From Ginglymostoma cirratum (taxonomy: Eukaryota): a stretch of DNA of 64,000 nucleotides. The notes beneath the pieces were generated by a model. It was not told the DNA's origin, did no database searches, and saw only the letters and a program-made list of their open reading frames with translations. The stretch covers positions 28,382,985 to 28,446,984 of the forward strand of contig JAHRHZ010000021.1 of assembly GCA_024137785.1 (NCBI GenBank), read 5' to 3'. Positions 52,475-64,000 of the stretch are shown in pieces. A program made the position numbers and the translations under genes. The first letter of the stretch is position 1, and each line of letters opens with the position of its first letter.

Positions 52475-53329
52475 TGATAACTTTTTTAAAAAAACATTCA
52501 AACTTCAAGTTAAAGCTGAATGGATGATGTAACAAGCTTTTTTACTTTAAGACTTTTACCGTAAGAAAATGCTAAAAACATTAGTAACTAAACTCCAACT
52601 TTGTAGGCAACGTATACTTTTAAACCACAAAACAGAACATTTGCTTTTGAACAATAGAAAATACACTTTCGAGATATATTTTACTCTGCCCTTTAAGTAG
52701 ACATTTAATTCTCCCAGATCATTCCAAAGTGATTCTTAGCTCTCGAGTGTTTTCTTGTTCTTTTCCTTCCTCAACCTAAGCATTTTTAAATTCAGAATTG
52801 TCTTCTACAGTGAGATTTTCTTCCTGGAGATTCTAGCTATGTGAATCTCCCAGCTTTTTCTTGAGCTTTCACATTCTTCTGGTGCCTGGAAGATGGCGAA
52901 AAATTTCAGGAAGTATGACGAGAATGGTTAAAAAGCAGATTATCAATGTTGAGAAAATAATGCCCAATGTTTTCTTTTAAGGTTTCAACAGCTATATGAG
53001 AATCTGCCTATGAATGACATGACCCTATTTCCATGCATTTGCAGCTCATTATTATCTAATCCTCCCCCATTTATATGCTGTTTGTGATCATCCTAGATAT
53101 GGTGAGAAACGTTACAGTGCCATTTGACAGTGTGGGCAGTTACATGCAGCTTGCTGATGGCTTTTTCAGGCCTCCATGTTAACCATCATACTCAAAACAT
53201 TATGGCATTGTCCACAGGCAGCAGCTGCCTCCAGTCTTTATCCATTGAAGGCAGAATCGGCAAATAAATAGCCTCACCGCATCATCGTGGCCGATCTTGG
53301 ACTAACAACTTACAAAGCACTTAAACGTC

Positions 53330-53501
53330 CAGGTTCACTAATATCTTTTAGGGAAGGAAATTTGCCACCTTTACCTAGTCTAGCCTATATGTGACTCCAG
53401 AACCACAGCAATGACTTTCAAAAGCCCTCTGGGCAACGAGGAATGGGAACTAAATGCTGGCCGAGCTAGTGATGCCCACATCCCATAAATGAATTAAAAA
53501 A
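53330..53501 (+). mobile_element. 3' half of the tRNA-SINE family seen at 28105
   Basis: ggttcactaatatcttttagggaaggaaatttgcc..gtgactccag..aaatgctggcc..gatgcccacatcccataaatgaattaaaaaa. Confidence 0.75.
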
Positions 53502-55099
53502 TCGTCACTTCACCACTGAACTTTGGAGCTCATAGATACCTCAGGTTCTAATGGTGCTGTCAGTTTGTTCTTTGTGCAGAGCCACATACCCGTCTCAGGT
53601 GTTGTAGCTTGCTATCATCGTATTCGTTCTCTTCGCAGTTAGTTAGAATTAACATCACTGCTTTGCTATTTAGCACAGACAGAAACCCAGCTTTATCATG
53701 GTTGCCAGCACTGAACAGTCAAGAGAATGGCCATGTTGCTGTTTGGCACCATGCTGCATTAATGTCAGAGCTACAGGACGTACCAGTTGCTTACGTAGCA
53801 AACACACTGCATGTGCTTCAATCAAATAACTACATCTGAAAGTCTAAAGGGAGTAATCCTTAGTCAAAGCAAAAGAGATAATGCCGAGACCAGGGTCATC
53901 ATGTTCAGTTAAGGGCATCGTTTGATCTCGGTTCAGAGGGTTAGCTATGGTCAGAATCACTGCTGTTATAATGCAGAAGGAAGCCATTCAGCCCATTGTG
54001 TCTGCGCCACATCTCGAAATAAGCATCATTTCTATGATGCAGTCCTGCAGGTCATATCCAACTGAAGATTACAGGCAGTCAGTCAGAGTGCTGGGAAGAC
54101 ACCAATCCAAGGGGCAGTGGGACAGTTCTTCCTGCAATGGGACAAAGGGAGTGATCAAGTATGTTGGAAGTGAATATAAATGCAGATCTTTCTTTAAACA
54201 TCTTTAGGTTTTCACAGATGATTCGTCTTTCGCAGAGAGTTTCTTTCAAAGGAAAGTAAGCTTTGGAGAACTAATAAATGAAGGATTGTTAAGAAATTTC
54301 ATTCTTTATGTGGAAAAGTTTAATGTTCTCATCAGCACTGCCGCTACATAACAAACTTCTGATCAAGCGTTGATTTCAGACTGAATCATTTCCCTAGGTC
54401 ACAAATCTACATTGACATTAATGTTCAGCCTTGAGCTCAGAGACTTTACCAGAAAATCACATCCTCAAATCTCAGGCAACATTGAAACTGATTACACAGT
54501 TATGCAACCAGTCTTAAAGCTTGTAATTAGCAGAATTTGTAACTGACTGCATAAGAAAAAGACTCTAGATAGCCTCTAATAATTGAGTGAAAACTACCAA
54601 AATGAACATTTCTGATTCAATAAGCTTTCAGGCTTCCATTTACTGAGCACAAAGATTGGTACACCTTCCAAAAATGTGTTTGGAAATGCATTTTCCATTG
54701 ACAGGAGTTTCAGATGTATTTAATTAGCCAGGGTACTGTTTAACTGGAAGGTAGGCCTGGGTTCAAGATCCAATTAGTCCAGAGTTTTGTAATAACATCT
54801 TCAAACAGGCTGAAAATATCCTTAACTGGAAGGGACTCTGCAGGTCTGTGTCGACTTACATTCTGTTAATCTTGTGCATTACTAGATGGACAAAAAAATG
54901 TAATGAGAACCCTGCAAGTCCCAACACGAAAGATATCATTAATTTTTATTGAGAATGTCATGCAGACAGCCAGGCTCCAAATTGATGGATGCTGTCATGC
55001 ATTCAATATAGACATGAGATCTGCAGTTGAAACCAAGATAGTGTGTAAGTTTTACCCACTTCAAATCATACAGTTTCATTTTGATTTGACAGTACAATA

Positions 55100-55300
55100 G
55101 GGAGGCAATGGCCTAGAAGTATTATCGTTAGACTATTAATTCGATAAACTCAGCTAATGTTCTGGGGATCCATGCCATGGCAGATGGTTCGATTTGAATT
55201 CAATAAAAATATATCTGCAATTAAGAATCTTCTGATAACCATAAAACCATTGCCGCTTGTCAGGAAAAACCCATATGGCTCACTCATATCCTTTAGGGAT
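55100..55300 (+). mobile_element. 5' half of the tRNA-SINE family seen at 28105
   Basis: gggaggcaatggcctagaagtattatcgttagactattaat..gccatggcagatgg..tttgaattcaataaaa. Confidence 0.7.
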
Positions 55301-55302
55301 AT

Positions 55303-55468
55303 TCACCTAACCTGCATATCTTTGGACTGTGGGAGATAACTGGAGCTTCTGGTGGAAACAAATGCGGACATCTTGAGGAAAATTCCACATAGTCACCCAA
55401 GGCTAGAATCAAACCCTGATTCCTGGCGCTGTGAGGCAGCAACGCTAACCACTGACCCACCATGCTGC
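55303..55468 (-). mobile_element. 5' half of an HE1-like V-SINE
   Basis: cacctaacctgcatatctttggactgtgggag..cctggcgctgtgaggcagcaacgctaaccactga. Confidence 0.8.
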
Positions 55469-55471
55469 TTA

Positions 55472-56069
55472 TATGATAGACCAACTGGCTTGACCCTAGC
55501 CATTGGTAAGATTTTAGAATCCATTATTAAGGATGAAAATGCAGAGTACTTGGAAGTGCATGGTTAAATAAGGTTGAATCATCATAGTTTCATCAAGAGG
55601 TCTTTTTCAGGATGGTAGCTGGTGACTAGTGAAGTTCCACAGGGCTCTGTATTGGGACCACAGCTACTCACATTATACATTAACAATCTGGATGAAGGCA
55701 ACTGAAGATGTTGTTGCCACGTTTGCAGATGACAACAGATGGAGGGACAGGTTGTGTTGAGGAACCAGGGCGGCTGCAGAAGGACTTGGACAGGCTAGGA
55801 CAGTGGGCAAAGAAGTGGCAGATGGAATACAATGTGGGCAAGTGTTAGGCTGTGCATTTTGGTAGAAAGAATACAGGCAATGAGCAAAGGCTTTGGAAAT
55901 CTGAAGCATAAAGAGAGTTAGGAGTCCAAGTTCAGTTTTCTCTTAAGGTTAACCTGCAAGTTCAGTTGGCAGTTAGGAAGGCAAATGCAGAGTTAGCATT
56001 CATTTCAAGAGGGCTGGAATACAAGAGCAGAAATGTCTGGCTGAGGTTGTATAATGCTCTAGTCAGACT
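55472..56069 (+). mobile_element. Internal CR1 RT fragment with internal deletions
   Basis: DRPTGLTLAIGKILESIIKDENAEYLE; VTSEVPQGSVLGP; FADD (tttgcagatgac); LQKDLDRLGQWAKKWQMEYNVGKC. Confidence 0.88.
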
Positions 56070-57606
56070 GTAGAGGTGATTCGTGACACTATCAAATGTG
56101 CTTCAAGCTTTAATATTGCCATACCATGTATTTTAGCTTAGAACTATGACAAGTAAAAAGTAGATATTACATTCAGTTCAATATATGTGCATTCAGGTAG
56201 AAGTCACATTGTTTTATGATTTCAGATAATTTTAGTTAACAGTGCAATTAATCACTCTAGTAATTATATCTAGTGAGTGTCCTGAAATCAAATACGATAT
56301 TTGCAAGCACAGTACCTCCTTATTTTGTTGGTGAAACAACTTTGCTTGACTGCTGTTGCTTCGTCTTTCTGTGATTAGTAAAGCTGTCAAATGAAAGTTG
56401 AGCTGTATGCCTTTTGTTTTAAGAATACTTTGCTCAATACTATATATTGCACTTATTGGATTTAGTGATCGGTGTACTCTTGGGTGTAAAATGTTGATTT
56501 AGTATTATAACACATCAGTTCTGATTTCCCTCTCACACAATGTTACAAGGAGCTTTTTGCACTGCTGCACAAGCTTAGATGGCAGTGCACAGTCCAGAAG
56601 AATGTCCGTGATTTTACAACAGTAGTCAATGGTGGTCATGTTGGAATAATTTTGAGTGTTTGGTGCAGTCAATACCAGTACAGCACAAGACTTTCAAGCC
56701 ACAGTTTTCTTTTCTCAGATGATAGAAATGGTATCTAAAAGGCTAAGAAAATTACATAAAGGAACTATTGAACATTCTCAGTATAAAGACGACAATCACA
56801 TTTTTAAATTGTGAATATTTTTGTCTATCAAGGTAAGAGTTCAACAGAATACCTTATTTTCAACCTGCTTATTCTGTTGTTATAAACAGGTGGTGTTTCA
56901 GACTTTTTTTATATAGGGCACTGTGCTTCAGGTTTTTCCTAAAAGTTATAAGCCATGATCTCTAGAGTCAGCATAGTGGTTCTCCTCCTACATGAAACAG
57001 ACATCAGCAAATAATTATGAAACATACATTGCTGAGTTTTCTCCACATCCAGTAATTCAAACAATTGTATAAAAGTTTGGTGAACCAAACTGTAGAAAGT
57101 GAAAATTAGATTAAATGTCTTGCTAACTACAAAATGGCAGCTGTATTCACTGAAGCAAGCCTTATGTAGTCCTAAAACTACTCAAATCAAATATATTAAT
57201 TCTGATTGAAAGAAGTATCTGAGAAAAAATACCAAAGTGTTTCCATCTCTAACGGAATGTGGCATTCCTTAAAGTCTTCCAATGCCACTTTTAATGATGA
57301 TCACCAGGGAATGTTTGAGAATGGAACAGATAGAATTATTAGCTAAGTCAATCTCTCTTTCCCTCTCTCTGGGAAAGTTTCTTTCTCCATCCAGCTGGCT
57401 GAGGTCAGGAATTCTCAAAATATCACCTTACTGTAAACCAAAGGAGTAGTATACATCTCACTGTTTGCTAGCACAGTGCATTAGTCCAGCTTTACAGCAC
57501 ACCACAAACCACATGTTAGTCATCAAGTCCGAACATTTCATTAGCAGTTTCTTTACAATTTGTTTTGTGACAAATCTACAATGATTTTCTGAAATTATTC
57601 TTATCC

Positions 57607-57808
57607 TGTTGAGGTTGTTGAGATTGGTTGGCTCGCCGAGCTGGTTTCTTGTTTCGCAGACGTTTCGTTACCATGCTTGGAGGCTGCACTGAGGATGTTA
57701 TCAAGCATGGTAATGAAATGTCTACGAAACAAGAAACCAGCTCGGCGAGCCAACCAACCTCAACAACCTCAACACCCACAACCCGAGCTAAAAATCTATT
57801 CCAAAACC
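57607..57808. mobile_element. Fold-back Penelope-like family C insertion: 73-bp inverted repeat, hammerhead core and 14-bp TSD
   Basis: 57607-57679 pairs with 57702-57774 (4 differences). CTGAGGA at 57689-57695, GAAA at 57715-57718, GTC at 57720-57722. Flanks TTATTCTTATCCTG (57595-57608) and TTATTCTAATCCTG (57809-57822). Confidence 0.8.
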
Positions 57809-58029
57809 TTATTCTAATCCTGGTTGGTGATTTGTTTTGGTGTGGAATCTATGTTAGTTAGTCAGTCAGTGCCAACACTGATTATATGTGTACTTATGCT
57901 AGTAATAGCTCAATATAAAGTATGACAGACTATTTATCAGACTAAAAGGCTACAACTTCGATTTCAGCATATCAACACAGTTTACAATACCTCCTTGGCT
58001 TGGGCTATTTATCTGTGCCTGTATTCTAG

Positions 58030-58912
58030 ATGGGTTATGTTTCTGTACGTGTTAAAGTATCATTTATTTTAGAGTTTGGACTTTGGACTAGTGGGTTGTA
58101 GGTTTACTCTGTGTGTATGAGGAAGTAGAATGTTAACCTGTCAGTATTTTTGGAGCTAGGACTTTTTAAAGCTAGTATGACAGAGGGGGTCCCTGGGGTA
58201 TTGATGGGAATTTGTTCGCACTGGAAGAGTTTTACAATTGAACAGAATAAACATTGAGGAGCATTAGGTTGTTTTCAGTTTAGACAGATCAGGGTTTTTT
58301 TGGGAAAACCCATAGCTTGAAAAGTTTTTGTTTTTTTGGTTCATATGGGTCTCAGTGGAAGTTAGATGTATGAAAAAAGTTTCTCCTGAAGAAAGAAAAT
58401 AATTCAGAACCCTCAAAAAAGTTTTCCTCAGTGTCAGGATTTAATTTGAAATTTCCAGACCAGAAGTGTTTGGTTAGAACCCCGAGGGGTTAATCAACGT
58501 TGAGAAAGTCTAAGCTCAGTTGTATAACCAATCAAAGAAGTGGCTCCTAAACTCTCAAGAATGAAAATCAAAAGAAACAATTAGGTTAGACCTATAAATA
58601 TGATAGAGAAATGAAGGGTCTTTACTTTTTGAACAATGCAATGAGATGGTGGTGGGATAGATGGGATTGTTTCTTTACTATGCTATTTTGAAATCTTTGA
58701 AACTGTGTTATATGTTAATAGCTTAGTTTATTCTATTTTATCTTTAGTTTTGTGTAACTAGCTTCTGTTTTATTGTTAAAATTGAATCTGCAGCACTGTG
58801 TGCTTGGGTTTCAGTGAAAGATTACTTCATTAAATTTAAAAAACATATATAGCAAACCAGAGTTCAATCTGCAATCTGACCTGTCCAGTAAAAACATCGT
58901 GGGATCATAAAA
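58030..58912 (+). mobile_element. Possible solo LTR (Gypsy-like), decayed
   Basis: LTR-like composition ending ..ctgacctgtccagtaaaaacatcgtgggatcataa; a similar ending gagatcata occurs near 8870. No TSD confirmed. Confidence 0.3.
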
Positions 58913-61900
58913 CTGACATATTAGACCTTATATTAGGTAGATCATCAATGATTACCAGCAATAAATGTTTTTACTTACGGCATAATGAAGCTGGAATTTG
59001 AAGCTTTCAGATTTTGTTCTCGTTTTATTAAAAAAAGACCTACTGGCCAGCAGAGGAAAAAGGGTCACACTTAAAGTGAATAAGGACATTGAGAGAATGT
59101 GCTCCTTCAAACCCCAGTACCAACCATACTCACAGGACTTGAAAATTGAATTACATTATGCATAATCAAGAAGTGTATTCCAGTGCCTTTACCAGCTTCT
59201 GCCAAAGTAGCTACATCAGGCAAACACTTACAGAAGCGATAAAGTGGCCTGGGATATTTCATCAAAAAATCTTTCCCTCATTACAAAAAAGCATACAGCT
59301 TTCACATCGTCCATACTGAAATGCTTGGTGAAAGGTGAAAATTAGGAGTTTACTGTTTTGAGATTCATTGGTTCAATTTGGTTACACAGAAAATATTAAG
59401 TAAAGTCACTTTATAATAGAGGTTCATAAAAAATTGTTTCCAGGGACCTTGGAAAAAGAAAGATTTTGCAAAATTATAGTTTCTGTTTTTTGTGTGCCAT
59501 TTTATTAATTGTCGTAATTTGTTTCTACTGTATTTTGTTCATGGTAGTGAGAAAACTGTTATTTCTTAGGCCTCCTGGGTTGCCATACCAGTTCTGCATT
59601 TGCTAAGAACTATGAATACATTAAGCTACCATTATATATTTTTGTATTGTCTTAGCAAGGAGCTGTTATGAAAACCCGTATGACCTGATTAAATAATAAA
59701 TGTCCCTCTGACCACAACAAGGATGAGAACAAATAACTGAAGAGCATGAGGAAATAACCACACCAGAGTTTATTCCTCAAATAGAAAACAGATTAGGGAC
59801 AAACTCATTACAGTTAAGCATACAGATGATAATTGTGAGCACAGGTGACTTACATTATGGTAATTTTTTTGTTTTTAAAGAGCTAATTATATCATTGTTT
59901 GCATTATTATAGCTTCATTGACTCTGAGACACATATCTAATAACTGAGAAATCATATGTTGGGATTTCTTTAACTAATTAATAAAAACTGGTTTTGGTTG
60001 TTTACTTAGCCAAAGAAAGTAATACATTCTTTGAAACAAGAGAATTCAAGATGGCTGTCCTTAAAGCCATTAAGTTTCACATTTCAATTTAAATATCACC
60101 TTCACTGGTTAAATGGTACTAATAATCTTTACTATTGATAAGATGTTGCAACTGATTATTATATACAGCTAAACACACAACATCACCTTATTATCTCTTG
60201 ATTGGCTTCATGTGGTGCTGCGGTCTTAATTAAGGCAATGGGTTTGCAAATAGGAAAAATTTCCAAATTGTATTTTGATGAATTAAAGGCTTCTTGTCTG
60301 GCACTTCTCTAAATTTTCTGTTGAAATACTGTAGTTATTATCCTTCATAATTATGAAATCTTACTGCACCCTGCACAATCAAGTATGTGCTTGTGCACAA
60401 CTTGTACTTCTAATGCAATCTAAAGAACTCTACAAAAAGATTATGGGTTCCATCATGTATTGGGAAAGTTAAAGTTTTCAAGTGAAAGGTTGTTTAAGAT
60501 AATTTGCCTGAATGTTGCTATTTTGTAATATTTTTAGAAAAATTAAAGATTTCTATATGTACTAAATACAGGCCTTATGGTTCTTGGACATTGTGGACCT
60601 ACCAGAAATCAAAGTTGAGACTTCAGAATCTAAGGATTGTTATCTCAATAAATGCAGCTCTAAAACCCAGTTATGTGCATGGTTAATTAGAAAAGGTAGA
60701 CAGACATGTAACTAAAAGTATTTGCCAAATATTCATGTTGTAAATTTCTGAACAACAGGCTCCATAGAGATAAACTAAGATTTTTAACGATCACTATTCA
60801 TTTCCCAATGGAACAACAGTACAGTGGTACTTTATAGAAGTGGAATCACTGTGTTTCTGGAAATAAATTGTTCAAATGCTTTCTTCACGAAACATTGCTA
60901 CTCAACAAGAGACTGCTACAAAGTGTATAGGTACAGTTAATTCATAATTTATAATTACAAAGGAAGAGTGTTACAAAAATCATGATTACACTGGTGACAG
61001 TAATCCTTTTGGAACACAGCCATCAACAGCAAATGGCATGACATAGAGAGCAATGTTGTCTTTCTCACTGTCAAAAGTTTTCGTCTATAAACATTCAAGA
61101 TAATACTGTATGTGTCTATATTAATGGGATCCTTTCCCCTCAGGTACTGCAGATAAATGTTATTTTTCCACAAAGCACCTACTCCATTGCATTTTTGTAA
61201 ACAGTGAAAAAAGATAATCAAATCTCAATACTTTAGTGTTTAGTTAATTCCATGAAGTAGGTACGACTGTTCAAGAAAATTACCCTCAGTGGTAGAAAGA
61301 TTTGGGGCACATGGGTCTAAAGACATCTGTTGAAAATGGTGTCTGTTAACGCTGTTGTGGGATTAGTGTCTTAGGATATTTCTAATTGCATTAAATGTAT
61401 TTTATAATTATGAATTGCTGATGCCCCTCCAAGGAGTGTTTACAAGCTGCTTTTGCAAGTTCTTTCTCTCTTGTAGTTGTGGTTAAACTTATAGCTGCTA
61501 CCAATCCTGTCTCCCAAATATAGATTCTGTTTCCTGTTTTTTCCTATTATGTGTTCCTCTTTGGCTTTACCATAGTATATTGTTGTTCCTGAATTCCAAT
61601 ATGATAATATAATTTCTTGTTGCATATTTCCCTTTGTCCACTCATATAAAAACTGGGAAATAAGAACATGTTGTAGCATCTCATTATTTCTTCTATTGAG
61701 CCATTGACCTGAGGGTTGCATTTATTACAAGTGATGGTTGCAAGTTGTGTCCGAGCATGACGTGCAACTGCAGCATGAGGAATTTGCATGCAACGTTGAA
61801 TGGAATTTTTGTATTTCAAACTTTCAAAACTGACATTGCCATTCCCTTAAAAAAACATCTGAATGTGGACAACCTCAGTGTCTTATTTGATGATACTTCA

Positions 61901-63345
61901 AAATCTATTGTTGAATGCTTACTCCCACACCTACAATACTGGCCACCTCTTGACTGATCTCACCCTCATCTGTGCTAAGTCATGGTTTCTTAACAGTGTC
62001 TTTGCCAATGTCTTCAGCTCCATCTCAAACCAATTCCAAAACTTTGTCACCAGAAACCTTTAGGGGCATTAAGTTCTATTTTCCCTCCTGTGGCTTGCTG
62101 CTTCCTCAAGATACTAAATTCCTTGTCCTTGTTATAAATCCCTTTATGTTTGCACTCTCTATCCTCATGTCTGCCAAATCTTTGGTGAGCACAACTATAT
62201 ACAATCTATACTTCAGTTCTTAATTCTTGGTCTCCTGTGTATCACCCTCTATGTATTCTGCCATTTTCTGAAAATACCTCCCTAAAGTCATCTCTTTTCC
62301 TGCATGATTTTGAACTAGGCTTTTTATTACCTCTCCAAAATTTTATTACTTTGCATTCGTTCATCCCATGTGAAGAATCTGGAGTGGTTATTCTGTTCAG
62401 AGCTCTAAATAAATATAAAGTCTTCTTGTATCACATGGGCTTAGGTACTTCAGATCACCAAATGCCAAAAATAAAGATTCATAGCATATTTTCTAAGGCA
62501 CAGAATTAAAATTAAGCAATGATAAACACTACTGCTGATGACATAAGTACTATTTCATTTATATTGCTACTTTGACAGTGACTTTGGCACTACAGAAAAT
62601 TGGCTATACAAATGTGCTGTATATGCTAAACAACTAGTGCTAAACATCCTGAAATCTGTAGTTGTAAAATGGCAGAATACAAATCTCCTTTTCTGTTCTT
62701 GTAACTTGGATGGAAAGTTTAAATGGCAGCAATGGATGAATGAGCCACTTACAAAAGCTGAGGTATGTTACTGTAGGTCTAACACTTCTAACTGATGGGA
62801 AAAACACATTAATTATAGCAACTATTAGCTCTGCTGTTCAGCCTAAAGGTTAATGCTTCAAGTATGAGGGCTGTAAATTTAAAAAAATAATCGAAGATTT
62901 ATGCGTTTCATTGTACAGAGGCGACAGTAATTGAATCTTCAGGCAAATTGGTGAATACAGTGCACTGATATCAAGGTCAGATATTAGATCTGCTCTGTAT
63001 TACAATGTTGTCTGCTTTTATGCTTTTATTTCAGATTGACAGCATTTGCAGTATTCTTTAATTTAGGTTGTTGTTCCATTCACCCTTCCTACCTGCAATA
63101 CTCATTAAACGTTCCCTCCTCTCCTCAAAACACCCCTCCAACCACCATTACCCCCACAACCCTGACTCCAGCCAGGTATTTTTGTCTAAGCTTCCCTTTA
63201 TATTTTCTTGTGGGTGTATGGTTAAAAGCACAGCAGGAAAACAGAAGTATGTTCCCACAAAAATGTCATTCTGACTTTATGTGGATGATGGAATACCTAT
63301 TGATGCAAATTTCAAAATACAAAAGCATGGATGTTTTAACTGCAG

Positions 63346-63866
63346 CTGTAGAAGATTTTGCTCAGGTCGCATTTCGAGTACTGTGTACAGTTTTGGTCCC
63401 TTATTTGAAAAAAAAATGACATGTTGCATTAGATACAATGCAGAGGTGATTTGCCTGACTCATTCCTGGAATGAAAAACCTGTCACTATGAGATAAGCCC
63501 AAATGCCTTATAGCCATTGAAGTCGAGAAGAATGTGAGTTGATCTCATTGAAAAACATATGCCAGGAGAATGTTTCCTTTTGTGGGGAAGACTAAAACTA
63601 GAGGACACAATTTAAGATGAAAGAGGTCTTTTTAAGATGGAGATTTTGAAATTTTATTATTCTCAGAGGATCTTCAGTGGGAGAAATGATCTTTCCCAGA
63701 AAGTGGAGTCTGTGCTATTGAATTTGTTCATGGCAGAATTTTGATAGAAAACCAAGGGTTATGGAGGAATGATAGGAAAGTGAAGTTAAATCTTTTTGAA
63801 TGGTGGAGCAAGTTAAAGGGATCAAATGGCCTACGCTTGCCCCTAAATCTATGTTCCTAAGTTCTT
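63346..63866 (+). mobile_element. CR1 LINE 3' fragment (old)
   Basis: ttcgagtactgtgtacagttttggtccc (FEYCVQFWS); actagaggacac (TRGH); tail tgaatggtggagca..aaatggcctac..ctatgttcc. Confidence 0.8.
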
Positions 63867-64000
63867 CGTGGGTCACTCCAAGTCTTGTTATTTCTTCAGA
63901 CTAACATTGTGCAGATGTAGTTCCTGCCTCTTCCACAATTCTCTTAAACTATATATAATGATGTGATCTAATGTGTCCCTCCTTCTTATCCAATCTCATG

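Noticed and set aside
53330-55300. Complementary 3' and 5' halves of one SINE family 1.6 kb apart, as a single rearranged copy
   Set aside because: The order is reversed and the overlapping ~22 nt differ; independent truncated copies are simpler.
57607-57774. Pre-miRNA or MITE interpretation of the long hairpin
   Set aside because: The asymmetric tail, 14-bp TSD and hammerhead core fit a Penelope-type insertion better.
1-64000. IMMP2L coding exons, CRISPR arrays, rRNA genes or prokaryotic operons
   Set aside because: None recognised by eye. The sequence is vertebrate intron-like, though a very short exon could have been missed.

Overview
Eukaryotic, AT-rich vertebrate DNA. The repeat complement (HE1/V-SINE-like, DeuSINE-like, CR1, L2, Tx1 and Penelope-derived elements) points to a shark or other elasmobranch; this is inference. 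The only credible protein-coding sequence is a single-exon CDS for LRRN3 (leucine-rich repeat neuronal 3) on the minus strand, 25637->23508, 709 aa. It has a clear splice acceptor at 25989, a uORF-rich 5'UTR and a candidate poly(A) signal near 22900. In other vertebrates LRRN3 is nested antisense in an IMMP2L intron, and no IMMP2L exon is visible, so the whole window is probably intronic. The rest is non-coding DNA with many decayed transposons and a 400-N gap. The most unusual signal is a set of short (about 90-200 bp) Penelope-like insertions from at least three sequence families. Several are fold-back structures flanked by 11-14 bp target-site duplications, and several carry minimal hammerhead-ribozyme cores (CUGANGA-stem II-GAAA-NUH). 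All calls were made by eye; no database searches were run and repeat boundaries are approximate.
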